A stretch of DNA of 64,000 nucleotides from an uncultured Planctomycetia bacterium (GCA_964430735.1 CAYSFB010000001.1:232674-296673); one strand, 5' to 3'. Counted from the stretch's first letter, positions 17,016-28,156 are shown. The notes: a model not told the origin generated them from the letters alone. Made by a program: numbers and translations.

Positions 17016-18225
17016 CGCATGCTCCGATAAGTTGACGCCCCAACCGGCTGATTCCGGACCCGGATGGCAAAACCGACCGGTCCGACTGTGCCTTGAGCCG
17101 GGAAGGATTAAGGAGATAGGACCGCAGCGCATCGGCGACGGCCTTCCCGCTGATCTCCCTGAGAACCGTGCCGTTTTCTCCGTCCCTCACAACAGCGCCG
17201 CAACGATCCGAAACGATCAGCGGCAGACGGTGCGCCTGCGCTTCAAGCTGCGTCAGGGCAAACCCGTCGGAGTGCGTCGGCAAAATAAAGACGTCCGCAG
17301 CCCGGTAATGGCCGGCCGCTTCCAACCGGCTCACCCGGCCCCGAAGACGCACGTTGGCGCATCCGGCAAAAAGCCCGTTCACGGCCGCATCCGCCGGACC
17401 CACGACGGAGAATTCAACCGGCTGCCCCTCAAGCATCCGGGCCGCCTCCGCCAACTCGGCCGCACCTTTCCGGAGACCCACCTGGCCCAAAAAAAGAACG
17501 CGCAAAGGGCGGTCGTGCGAAAAAGTCGGAGGATAGGAACGGGGGGCTAAGGATGCGGATCCGGCAGAATCATAAGCCAGCGGGATGGTGACGATTTTAC
17601 GCGCCGGCACTCCGGCCCGCCGCAATCCCTGGGCGGACCAATCGGAATTGACGATGATGATGTCGGCGAGGGCAGTTTCTTCGCGCCAATCGTCCCAATA
17701 GCCGGACGGGACGGGGTCAGGGGCCGGGACAATCCCAGCGTACTTGGCGTACAACTCGCGGACAATCTCTTCCTCATACGGACCTGGATCGATTTGACCC
17801 AGCACCGTCGTCCAGCCCGAGGCCTTGGCAAAACGGAACGGCTTCAGCGCCGTATAGCTGTAAGAAAATAGAATCTGGCGATTTTTTTTTGATTCCGAAA
17901 CGAGCCCGGACAATCGGGCAACACACCGGTCCTGGAACCAGCGGTTGCGGGCCAGAACCTGCGCCCAGCCCCGGACACCTTTGAGCCGCAACCCGCCTTC
18001 GAGCGCAAGCAGACGGCCGGTGAATGCGTGGACAGGGGCCGACGCCAGAGCGGAATCGAACCGTCCCTTTAAGGCGTTTGAATGGGCCCACACGGATTTG
18101 GGCCGAACCCAAGCGTCGGTAAGCAAAGCGCTGAGCCGGGACTCGAGATGCAGCGCGCGGGGAATCGCATAATGCTCCCGCGCGCCCAACTGGCAACAAA
18201 TCCAGGATCGGGACCGGTCAGACAT
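17002..18225 (-). CDS. glycosyltransferase family 4 (GT-B)
   Basis: GT-B C-terminal domain with ...FILPTHSDGFALTQLEAQAHRLPLIVSDRCG. Trimmed to ATG 18225 (MSDRSRSWICC). Confidence 0.75.
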   Translation of the reverse strand: MSDRSRSWICCQLGAREHYAIPRALHLESRLSALLTDAWVRPKSVWAHSNALKGRFDSALASAPVHAFTGRLLALEGGLRLKGVRGWAQVLARNRWFQDRCVARLSGLVSESKKNRQILFSYSYTALKPFRFAKASGWTTVLGQIDPGPYEEEIVRELYAKYAGIVPAPDPVPSGYWDDWREETALADIIIVNSDWSAQGLRRAGVPARKIVTIPLAYDSAGSASLAPRSYPPTFSHDRPLRVLFLGQVGLRKGAAELAEAARMLEGQPVEFSVVGPADAAVNGLFAGCANVRLRGRVSRLEAAGHYRAADVFILPTHSDGFALTQLEAQAHRLPLIVSDRCGAVVRDGENGTVLREISGKAVADALRSYLLNPSRLKAQSDRSVLPSGSGISRLGRQLIGACDAHT

Positions 18226-19342
18226 GGTCCGCGGCGGGTTGGTGCATGTTTCCAAAAATGTTCTGATCGATGGCCTCAAACCAGCCGACAGCCAATTCGC
18301 GCGTACCGGCTTCGTTGAAATGTACGAAGAGGGGGCCCTCCCGGTACCGGGCTTCCGCCAGACGGTCCGTGTCGGGCCCGCAGATGACCGTTCCGTCCAG
18401 GCATAGCTGCCGCTGCGCGGTCCGAACCGATTCAGAAGTCACGCGTCCGTTGTAGGTCGAAACCGCGACCATCCAGGGAATGTCGACGTCCGACCGGTCG
18501 CGGGCAGACTTGATGATTTGAACGAGGCGGTCCCGGTACTCTTCGGTGCTCATGTGCCCGTCCGACTCGCCCTGCGCCCACAACACGGCTCTCGCGCCGT
18601 TGGGACCCGCGGCCTTCATCGCCTTCACGAGGCGATTGAAGTTTGCGCTGCCCGGCTCCCATTTGCGGATACTGCTTCCACCCTCGGCGACATTGATCCA
18701 TCCCACCGGCACACCGAGTTTTTGAACCAACAGATCTCCCGTCAGCGGCCAATGCGATCCGCCTCCTCCGCGAATCTGCGGATCATCCCCCCGCATCCAC
18801 CGCAGACTCCCGTCCGCCTGAACCTGCCCCTTCCGCACGTCATCGCTCGTTGCCTGAAAAAGGGTCGAGCTGCTTCCGGAGGCATTCGATTGACCCGCCA
18901 CCAGAAACACCTCCCCCGCTCCCAACATAAGACTGTTGGCGGACCGAAATCCCTCGCCATGACTGCGGCCGAAGATACGGCTCCATCCGTCTTGAACCTG
19001 GACATTGCCGGCAAAACGCGACATCTTGGGTGCGGCATCCAAAGATACCCAATCCTCCGGCCGGACAGGGTCTTGAGCACGGGCTGGCGGCATGACGCAA
19101 ACTTCCACGGACTTGGCCCGGATTCCGCACCGGCCCAAAAGACTCACAACGGTTCTTTCGCCGTCGGAACGCTGGATCACCTGGCCGTCCTGAATATCCC
19201 AGGAATAAATCTTCGTACCCAGACAGAACCGATCGCGGAGAACTTCGTCGTACTTCAGGATTCCCAGAAAGGCCGCGAATGCGGTGACGGTCAACAACGC
19301 CGGGACAGCCAAACGCGCAGGGGTCCGGTGGGACGTTGGCAT
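18218..19342 (-). CDS. membrane-anchored carbohydrate esterase (DUF303/sialate-O-acetylesterase-like, SGNH-type)
   Basis: N-terminal TM anchor and the FLVAGQSNASG motif (GQSNMxG-like) of DUF303 esterases. Confidence 0.55.
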   Translation of the reverse strand: MPTSHRTPARLAVPALLTVTAFAAFLGILKYDEVLRDRFCLGTKIYSWDIQDGQVIQRSDGERTVVSLLGRCGIRAKSVEVCVMPPARAQDPVRPEDWVSLDAAPKMSRFAGNVQVQDGWSRIFGRSHGEGFRSANSLMLGAGEVFLVAGQSNASGSSSTLFQATSDDVRKGQVQADGSLRWMRGDDPQIRGGGGSHWPLTGDLLVQKLGVPVGWINVAEGGSSIRKWEPGSANFNRLVKAMKAAGPNGARAVLWAQGESDGHMSTEEYRDRLVQIIKSARDRSDVDIPWMVAVSTYNGRVTSESVRTAQRQLCLDGTVICGPDTDRLAEARYREGPLFVHFNEAGTRELAVGWFEAIDQNIFGNMHQPAADHV

Positions 19343-19872
19343 TACTGGAGGCGGTAGGTCAAATTCTTGTTGCGGGTGCCGATGGGGCGGGCGGGATTAC
19401 CGGCGACGATCGTATAGGGGTCCACGTTCTTTGTCACCACGGCGCCGGCGCCGATCACCGCGCCTTCGCCGATGGTCACGCCGGGGAGAATCACGGCGCG
19501 GTAACCGATCCATGCCCGGTCGCCGATGACGACGTCGCCTCCCCGGTCTTCGAATCCGGGTGACTGCGGATCGTGCCCCAATGTCAGTATGGAAGCTTCG
19601 GGCCCGATCGAAACGTCGGACCCGGTGATGATGCGATAAGTGCGTCCGTCAAGCATGCATCCGGAGTTCACGACATTGCGCTCTCCGAGAAACACCTTGC
19701 GTCCGTTCAGAAAATTGCAGCCCCTCAGAACGTCGGTGCCGGCGCCGAGTCGGCCCAGATACATCCCCAAATACACGCGGCGCAAGATACGGCTCGGAAA
19801 TTTGCCGATCCAGCCGGCGTACAGATAGCTGGCCAAAGACCCGAACATCAGTCTGAAGTTCATCGCCGCCAT
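19342..19872 (-). CDS. hexapeptide-repeat O-acetyltransferase (WbbJ/maltose-acetyltransferase-like)
   Basis: [38 protein letters not shown]. The first ATG overlaps a TATAAT box; the 4th codon (ATG 19863) lies 7 nt after it, making it a leaderless candidate. Confidence 0.75.
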   Translation of the reverse strand: MAAMNFRLMFGSLASYLYAGWIGKFPSRILRRVYLGMYLGRLGAGTDVLRGCNFLNGRKVFLGERNVVNSGCMLDGRTYRIITGSDVSIGPEASILTLGHDPQSPGFEDRGGDVVIGDRAWIGYRAVILPGVTIGEGAVIGAGAVVTKNVDPYTIVAGNPARPIGTRNKNLTYRLQ

Positions 19873-19914
19873 TATAGCACCAACGGGACGACGGGCAGAC
19901 CGGCTGCCGGCGGT

Positions 19915-21126
19915 CTAGAATTTGTAAACGACCAGGCCGGACAGGAGCTTCGGGTAGAAGTAGGTCGACTTCTGCGGCAGTTTGATGCCGAGGTCGGAGA
20001 CGCGCATCATTTCGGACACGGGCATGTACGGAAGGATAAAGGCGAGATCCGCGCCTTCCTTGCGCACGGCGGTGTCCGCTTCCTTGGGATCGCGGCTGAA
20101 CCGGATCTTGTCGGATTTGGCGACTTCCTCGCCGAGGAGCTTGGAGATGAGGAGCTTCTGGAGGACGGTCACATCGAGGTCGCGCGTTTTGGTCTTGAGC
20201 GTGAGCTTGCGGTATTCGCCGCAGCAGATCATGCCGATCGTGAGCCCGCCCTTGGGCTTCTTCTCGATCGCGGCGACCAGTGCCGCCAGCGACGCGACTT
20301 TTTCGGACTTGAAGTGTTTGGCGACGACTTTGGTGACCGTGGCCTTCCAGTCCCCCTCGAGCCCTTTGAGGATGCGGTGCGTCGGATAGATCGTGAAGTC
20401 GTTGCGGAACGCGTCGCAGAGGTATGTCAGGACGACGCCTTTGCCGCCGACGCGGTCCTTGGCGTGGCGTTTGTAATACTCGGTGGCGACTTCGAAGCGG
20501 TGATGGCCGTCGGCGATGTACATGTTCTGCGGACCGACCGCCTGCGAGATCTTCGCGATCGCCTTCACATCGGCCACGGGGAAAAAGCGGTGCCGCACGC
20601 CGGACACGGTCACGTCGATCGCGGGTTCGGCCTTGGCGAGCTTCTTGAGCTCGGCGTGGGCCGTGCCTTTGGGGTCGCGGAACATGCCGAAGATCGGCGA
20701 GAGCTGCGCGCGCAGCGTCTCCATGAGCGCGGTGCGGTCGACCTTGGGTCCGGCCAGCGTATGCTCGTGCTTCTTGACCTTGCTCTGATCGATTTTCATC
20801 AAAGAGATGAATCCGACGCGCGACGCGGGTTTGCCGGCGAGGTTCTTGTAATCCTGGGCGTACACGTAAATCGTCGGAGTCGCGTCCTGCTTGAGGACTT
20901 CGTCGGTGATCCAGCGGTCGATCACGCCGGCGGTCGCGCGATAGGCGTCCTGGCCGGTGACTTTTTTGGAAAGGTCGACACGCACAAAATTGTAAGGGCT
21001 TTTGGCGTAGAGCGCTTCCTGCTCCTTCTGCGAGATGACGTCGTAAGGAGGGCTCAGAACGTCGTCGAACTTCTTGATCTTGGCGGAATTATAGCGGTAA
21101 CCATGGAACGGCAGGATCTGCGGCAC
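19915..21126 (-). CDS. DUF1015 family protein
   Basis: Conserved ...NMYIADGHHRFEVA... block typical of DUF1015; 403 aa. Confidence 0.7.
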   Translation of the reverse strand: MPQILPFHGYRYNSAKIKKFDDVLSPPYDVISQKEQEALYAKSPYNFVRVDLSKKVTGQDAYRATAGVIDRWITDEVLKQDATPTIYVYAQDYKNLAGKPASRVGFISLMKIDQSKVKKHEHTLAGPKVDRTALMETLRAQLSPIFGMFRDPKGTAHAELKKLAKAEPAIDVTVSGVRHRFFPVADVKAIAKISQAVGPQNMYIADGHHRFEVATEYYKRHAKDRVGGKGVVLTYLCDAFRNDFTIYPTHRILKGLEGDWKATVTKVVAKHFKSEKVASLAALVAAIEKKPKGGLTIGMICCGEYRKLTLKTKTRDLDVTVLQKLLISKLLGEEVAKSDKIRFSRDPKEADTAVRKEGADLAFILPYMPVSEMMRVSDLGIKLPQKSTYFYPKLLSGLVVYKF

Positions 21127-21192
21127 GTGGGCTCCTTGATAAAAGTGGTTGAAACGAAGGGGTTATTCTAGCGCAAAAAGACCGGCGCTGCG

Positions 21193-21441
21193 TTATTTGC
21201 AGGCGGGCTTGCCGCAACCGCCGCCGGGACCGCAGGCGCCGGAGGACCCGGAAGCGCCCGCGCGCTTGTAGTCGGTGACGTAGAAGCCCGTGCCTTGATA
21301 CGTGACTCCCGCGCCGGCGCCGAAAAGGCGTTGGACTTTTTTACGGCACTGGGGACACTTGGTGGCGGGCTTTTCGGTGATGCCCTGAAAAAGTTCGTAT
21401 TCGTGTCCACAGGACAGGCAGCGGTAATCGTAATTCGGCAT
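21193..21441 (-). CDS. FmdB-family zinc-ribbon protein
   Basis: MPNYDYRCLSCGHEYE...KCPQCRKK CxxC...CxxC motif; AAGGAG RBS. Trimmed from 21777. Confidence 0.7.
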   Translation of the reverse strand: MPNYDYRCLSCGHEYELFQGITEKPATKCPQCRKKVQRLFGAGAGVTYQGTGFYVTDYKRAGASGSSGACGPGGGCGKPACK

Positions 21442-21458
21442 GGCGTCTCCTTTGGTCC

Positions 21459-22577
21459 TCAGACCTTCAAGAGGTCTTTCATTTTTTTCATGAACGAATG
21501 CGAAATCGGATGGGCCTTCTCGCCCGAAATTTCTGCGAATTGCTGCAGAAGCTCCTTCTGCTTGGAGCTCAACGCGGTCGGCGTCTCGACGACGACGCGA
21601 ACATGCTCGTCGCCGCGCCCGTCGCCCTTGATCGAGTGAATCCCCTTGCCCTTGAGGCGGAACACCTTGCCGGTCTGCGTGCCCGCCGGGACCTTGAGCT
21701 CGGTCGGACCTTCGAGCGTCGGGACTTTGATCTCGGCACCCAATGCGGCCTGCGCGAAGCTGATCGGCACGTCGCACAGGATGTCCGACCCGCTGCGTTT
21801 AAAAATCTCGTGCTCGTCGACGTGGATGTCCACGTAAAGGTCGCCCCGGTGGCCGCCTTTATGCCCTGCCTCGCCCTCGCCGGACACGCGCAGCCGCATC
21901 CCCGAATCCACGCCAGCCGGAACCTTGACCGTGATGGTCCGCTCAGTCGACTCGCGTCCGGAACCGCGGCAGGAACCGCAGGGTTTTTCGATGATCGACC
22001 CCTGCCCCGCGCAGGACGGACAGGGCCGGCGGATCTGAAAAAATCCGCTCGACGCCAGGACTTCCCCGGCGCCGCGGCAGGTCGTACAAACTTTTTTCTG
22101 GGTTCCGGGAGCGGCGCCCTGGCCGGCGCAGGTGCGGCAGACTTCTTCACGGCGGACGGGAACTTTTTTATCGCAACCATGGACGGCTTCCAAAAATGTG
22201 AGCTCCAGCTCGACGCCCAGGTCCGCGCCGCGCGCGGCGCGCTGGGTGCGGTGCTGGCCGCCGCGGCCGCCGCCGAAAAAGTCTTCGAAGATGTCCGAAA
22301 AAACGTCCGAAAAACCTTCCGCCCCTCCCGCGCCGCCGAACCCGGCTCCGCCGTTCACGCCGTCCATTCCGTAGCGGTCGTACGCCGCGCGCTTTTCGGG
22401 ATCCGAGAGGATCTCGTAGGCGCGGGAGTACTCTTTGAACTTTTCCTCGGCGTGTTTGTCGCCGGGGTTGCGGTCCGGATGGTGTTTGAGCGCGTGCTTG
22501 CGGAACGCGCTCTTGATCTCTTCGGCCGAAGCCGTCTTGGCGACGCCGAACAGAACGTACAAATCCTGAGTGGACAT
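21459..22577 (-). CDS. dnaJ: chaperone DnaJ
   Basis: J-domain HPD, G/F region, four CxxCxGxG zinc-finger repeats, and a C-terminal domain. Confidence 0.95.
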   Translation of the reverse strand: MSTQDLYVLFGVAKTASAEEIKSAFRKHALKHHPDRNPGDKHAEEKFKEYSRAYEILSDPEKRAAYDRYGMDGVNGGAGFGGAGGAEGFSDVFSDIFEDFFGGGRGGQHRTQRAARGADLGVELELTFLEAVHGCDKKVPVRREEVCRTCAGQGAAPGTQKKVCTTCRGAGEVLASSGFFQIRRPCPSCAGQGSIIEKPCGSCRGSGRESTERTITVKVPAGVDSGMRLRVSGEGEAGHKGGHRGDLYVDIHVDEHEIFKRSGSDILCDVPISFAQAALGAEIKVPTLEGPTELKVPAGTQTGKVFRLKGKGIHSIKGDGRGDEHVRVVVETPTALSSKQKELLQQFAEISGEKAHPISHSFMKKMKDLLKV

Positions 22578-22634
22578 ATCTGCCTATCTTATTGAAAAAC
22601 TGTTAAACCTAAAGATTCTAAAAAAACTTAACCA

Positions 22635-22756
22635 CAGTTCGTTCAAAAAGCCGCATATGCGAGGCGCCGGCGATGCGACCGCGGAGGCGTAGCAGCGCTA
22701 CGCCGCACAAGGGAGCGAGCCGGCAACGAAGCAGATGCGGCTTTTTCAACGAACTG
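22635..22756. repeat. 122-bp nested palindromic element (22-bp terminal inverted repeats around a GC-rich core), copy A
   Basis: CAGTTCGTTCAAAAAGCCGCAT...(78 nt)...ATGCGGCTTTTTCAACGAACTG with 21/22 arm complementarity. Inner hairpin GGCGTAGCagcGCTACGCC. Abuts the dnaK stop codon. Confidence 0.6.
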
Positions 22757-24673
<1,917 letters not shown>

Positions 24674-24713
24674 GACTCCAATCCTCCGTTAATGTCAGCG
24701 GAAAAATTTCCGC

Positions 24714-25217
24714 TTATGATTTTTTGCTAATCTTCACTTTGCTCGGACGCACGAGGCGGCCGTGCAGCGTAAAACCTTTTTGAACTTCCTCGATCACCGT
24801 CTCCTCGTCGCGCGACGCGTCCGTGACTTCCGCGACCGCTTCGTGCAGATTCGCATCGAAGGGCTGGTTGACGCTCGCGATCACTTCGACGCCGTTCTGC
24901 TCGAGAATCTTGTGGAACGTGTTCTGCGCCAGGTGCAGCCCCTTGAGGACCGTCTTCGGGTCGTGGCCCTGGTCGAGGCTCGAGATCGCGCGGTCGAAGT
25001 CGTCCACGACGAGCAGGAAGTCCGTGACGACCTTTTCGATCGCGTACTTCACCGATTCGTCGGCGCGCTTCTGGAGGCGCTTTTTCATGTTTTCGAAATC
25101 GGCGGCGGCCAGGAGATACTTTTCCTCCGCCTCTTTGAGCTTCTGCTGCAGCGCGTCCCACTCCGCCTGGGGAACGGTGACGGTCGGCTGCTGCTCGGCC
25201 TGTGATTCGTGCGTCAT
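24714..25217 (-). CDS. grpE: nucleotide exchange factor GrpE
   Basis: GrpE coiled-coil plus C-terminal beta domain; position between hrcA and dnaK. Confidence 0.9.
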   Translation of the reverse strand: MTHESQAEQQPTVTVPQAEWDALQQKLKEAEEKYLLAAADFENMKKRLQKRADESVKYAIEKVVTDFLLVVDDFDRAISSLDQGHDPKTVLKGLHLAQNTFHKILEQNGVEVIASVNQPFDANLHEAVAEVTDASRDEETVIEEVQKGFTLHGRLVRPSKVKISKKS

Positions 25218-25236
25218 GGTATGACCAACCTTCGGT

Positions 25237-26046
25237 TTAAATTTCGTCGAGCGTTTCGCTGACTTCGTCCGCCAGCCGCGACACGATGCCCACGGTGCGG
25301 TCGTAACGCATCCGGATCGGGCCCATCACGGCAAGGCAGCCGATCGGGCGGCCGTGGAACGTGTAGCGCTTCACGATCATGCTCACTTCGCGCAAACCCT
25401 CGCAGGTGATCTCTTCGCCGATGTAGACGTGCGTCGCGTCGTCGTCGATGTCCTTTTCGAGGAATTGCATGAGCGCCCGCTTGATCTCCAGTGCCCGGAG
25501 CAGCGCCTGCGCCCGCTGAATGTCGCTGAACTCCGGCTGTCCGAACACGTGCCGCGCGCCGTCGACATAGAGCCGGTGGAAGTCCCCCGTCCGGCGGGCC
25601 GCCGCGGCATCCGCCGCTCCGCCGCGCGCGTCCAAGTCCTGAATATACGAAAAGCGCGAAAGGTTCCGGACAAAGGCGAGCCCCGCGTTCTGGGTCAGCT
25701 CGGCCAGGATCTGCGCGGCCGTTTCGGCCACGTCTTCGATATCGTTGGCCCGGGCCAGCGTTTCATGGGCTTCCGGAAGATCGGCGGGCTGCTTGGCCTC
25801 GCCGGCAATCATCCGGTCGACGTAATAACGGTAACCGCGCGCGGTCGGGATGCGGCCGGCGGAGGTATGTGGCTGCTGGATGAAGCCCATTTCTTCGAGA
25901 TCCGCCATCACGTTGCGGATGGATGCCGGCGAAAGGCCTGCCGGGTACATGCGCGAAACAGTCCTCGACCCGACCGGCTCAGCGGTCTGGATATAGGCCT
26001 CGACGATGCATTTAAAGATACCGTCTAAACGGTCGTCTTGGTACAT
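25237..26046 (-). CDS. hrcA: heat-inducible transcription repressor HrcA
   Basis: N-terminal wHTH (IVEAYIQTAEPVGSRTVS); CIRCE operators immediately upstream; first gene of the hrcA-grpE-dnaK-dnaJ operon. Confidence 0.85.
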   Translation of the reverse strand: MYQDDRLDGIFKCIVEAYIQTAEPVGSRTVSRMYPAGLSPASIRNVMADLEEMGFIQQPHTSAGRIPTARGYRYYVDRMIAGEAKQPADLPEAHETLARANDIEDVAETAAQILAELTQNAGLAFVRNLSRFSYIQDLDARGGAADAAAARRTGDFHRLYVDGARHVFGQPEFSDIQRAQALLRALEIKRALMQFLEKDIDDDATHVYIGEEITCEGLREVSMIVKRYTFHGRPIGCLAVMGPIRMRYDRTVGIVSRLADEVSETLDEI

Positions 26047-26079
26047 GGCTTGCGTCAGATCCTCTCGTGTAAATGGTTT

Positions 26080-26106
26080 TTAGCACTCTTGACTGTCGAG
26101 TGCCAG
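26080..26106. promoter_or_regulatory. CIRCE operator 1 (TTAGCACTC-N9-GAGTGCCAG)
   Basis: Left arm perfect, right arm 7/9 to the CIRCE consensus TTAGCACTC-N9-GAGTGCTAA. Lies just downstream of the predicted -10 of hrcA. Confidence 0.7.
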
Positions 26107-26110
26107 AGGT

Positions 26111-26138
26111 AGTTTATCACGAGGGAAAAAGTTGTCAA
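26111..26138 (-). promoter_or_regulatory. hrcA promoter TTGACA-16-TAAACT (TG-extended -10)
   Basis: Minus-strand reading gives caacTTGACAactttttccctcgTGaTAAACTacct; positioned between the two CIRCE elements. Confidence 0.45.
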
Positions 26139-26142
26139 GTTG

Positions 26143-26169
26143 CTGGCACTCCAAAAAGTGGAGTGCTAG
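26143..26169. promoter_or_regulatory. CIRCE operator 2 (CTGGCACTC-N9-GAGTGCTAG)
   Basis: 7/9 and 8/9 arm matches to CIRCE. Lies immediately upstream of the -35 and overlaps the hflX stop codon. Confidence 0.6.
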
Positions 26170-27470
26170 CTGCGTTTGGAGACCGGCTTCTTGGAGGACC
26201 GGACGGGCTTAGCGGACTTGGGCTGGAGGGCCTTCACTTGGGCACGGATGGAGTCGCCGATGGCAGGCGCCAAAGCGACCTTTAGGTTCACGAATTGACC
26301 GTCATCCGAACGAGTGATCACCCGGCCTTCCTGGTAGATCCGATGGATGAGCTTCGCCTCCCCGGCCGGGATCTTGAACCGGTATTCATGGATCCAGGGC
26401 TTGAGCCCTTGGGCGACATGCTTGGCCAAGGTATCAAATCCGGTGCGATTGACGGCCGACACCCAAACCCCGTCACCCCATTGCCTGGCGAGTTTTTTTT
26501 GGTCCGCTTCGGTCACTTGATCGGCCTTGTTCAGAACCGTGATGAGGGGCTTGGTCGAAGCGCCCATTTCGTCGAGAATGCCGCGCACCGAGCGCTCAAG
26601 GATCACAGCCTTAGAGTCTGCCACGTCCATGACATGCAGCAGGAGGTCCGCGTTCATCACCTCTTCGAGCGTCGCCTTGAACGCGTCAATCAAATGATGC
26701 GGCAGGAGATGCAAAAAACCGACCGTGTCCACGAGCATGACCTTTTGTCCGCCTGGGATCTCGAACACGCGCACCGTCGAGTCGAGCGTGCTGAACAGCT
26801 GGTTCTTCGCGATGACTTCCGAACCGGTCAGCGCGTTAAAAAGCGTCGACTTCCCCGCATTGGTGTAGCCGACCAGCGCAACCACCGGCAATTCGTGCTC
26901 GCGGCGGCGTTCGCGATAGCTCTCGCGGCGGTCCTGCATTTTTTGAAGTTCTTTTTTGAGGAAGACAATGCGGTCGCGAAGACGGCGGCGGTCGACTTCG
27001 AGTTTTTGTTCGCCCGGACCGCGCGTACCGATGCCGCCGCCCTGCCGGGTGAGCATGACGCCCTGGCCGGCAAGACGCGGCATGAGGTAGGAGAGCTGCG
27101 CGAGCTCGACCTGCACCTTGCCTTCGTTGGAACGGGCGCGCTTGGCGAAGATGTCGAGGATGAGCTGGGTCCGGTCGATGGTCTTGCGGCCCACCAGCTC
27201 TTCGAGATTGCGCTGCTGGGTCCCCGAGATGTCGCGGTTGAGGATGACGACGTCGGCTTCGACGGCTTCCGCGCGGCGGCGGATTTCGTCCGCCTGCCCC
27301 GGCCCCATGTACATGCGGGGCTGCGGCGCCTTCATGACGAAGGTGAGCTCCAGCACGGCGGAGACGCCGGCGGATTTGGCGAGCTCCGCCAGCTCGCGCG
27401 CAGAATCCTGCGCCGACCAGCCGTCAGCCCGGTCCGCGAACATCAAGGTGACTAGAACCGCCTTTTCCAT
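26166..27470 (-). CDS. hflX: GTPase HflX
   Basis: N-terminal HflX domain followed by G-domain GYTNAGKST...DTVGF...NKAD. Confidence 0.9.
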   Translation of the reverse strand: MEKAVLVTLMFADRADGWSAQDSARELAELAKSAGVSAVLELTFVMKAPQPRMYMGPGQADEIRRRAEAVEADVVILNRDISGTQQRNLEELVGRKTIDRTQLILDIFAKRARSNEGKVQVELAQLSYLMPRLAGQGVMLTRQGGGIGTRGPGEQKLEVDRRRLRDRIVFLKKELQKMQDRRESYRERRREHELPVVALVGYTNAGKSTLFNALTGSEVIAKNQLFSTLDSTVRVFEIPGGQKVMLVDTVGFLHLLPHHLIDAFKATLEEVMNADLLLHVMDVADSKAVILERSVRGILDEMGASTKPLITVLNKADQVTEADQKKLARQWGDGVWVSAVNRTGFDTLAKHVAQGLKPWIHEYRFKIPAGEAKLIHRIYQEGRVITRSDDGQFVNLKVALAPAIGDSIRAQVKALQPKSAKPVRSSKKPVSKRS

Positions 27471-27499
27471 AAGGCGGTTATTGTATCAGAGGCGGACGA

Positions 27500-28156
27500 T
27501 CACCCCTCGATCGGAATCTGCACCTTCCGCGCCGCCTCGCCTTTGGGAACGCGCAACGTCAACACGCCGTCCTTGAGACTGGCCTTGATCTTCTTGGGAT
27601 CGACTCCCGATCCCACACGGAACCGGCGCTCGGTCGTGCCGTAGGAGCGTTCGCGGTAGTGGTACTTTTGGCCGCCCTCGTCGCCTGACCGTTCGACGCC
27701 GGAATCGCGGACCGCGCGGACGAGCAGCACGCTGCCGTCCACGTCGATCTGAATCCGGTCTTTGGGCACGCCCGGCAGCTCACAGGTAATGATGAACTCC
27801 TTGTCGGTCTCGGCGACATCGGCGTGCATTTCGGTGTTGGAATAGCTGTAGACCGAGGTGTGCGTCGGGCGGCTCAATCCACCGCCGGACCAGCCCCAAC
27901 CGCCCATCGAACTCAGCATCGACTGGTGCATCCGGTTCATCTCTTCCCACATGCTCTGCAAATCGTCTTCGGCGTCATAGGCAGCGGCCGGAGGCGGGGC
28001 GGATTCCTGGGATGACGGGGCGGCAGGCGCTTCCCATCGGATGGACTCGTCGGCCTTGCCCTTGTCTTTGTCGGCCGCTCCGGCGCATCCGGCACCGGCA
28101 AAAGCCGCAACAAGAAGAACCGCGCTGACGGCGGTTAATTTGGCATGTGTTTTCAT
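27500..28156 (-). CDS. signal-peptide-bearing small heat-shock protein (Hsp20/alpha-crystallin domain)
   Basis: MKTHAKLTAVSAVLLVAAFAGAGCAGA signal/lipoprotein-like leader, then an alpha-crystallin domain (...EFIITCELPGVPKDRIQIDVDGSVLLVRAV...KDGVLTLRVPK). Confidence 0.65.
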   Translation of the reverse strand: MKTHAKLTAVSAVLLVAAFAGAGCAGAADKDKGKADESIRWEAPAAPSSQESAPPPAAAYDAEDDLQSMWEEMNRMHQSMLSSMGGWGWSGGGLSRPTHTSVYSYSNTEMHADVAETDKEFIITCELPGVPKDRIQIDVDGSVLLVRAVRDSGVERSGDEGGQKYHYRERSYGTTERRFRVGSGVDPKKIKASLKDGVLTLRVPKGEAARKVQIPIEG

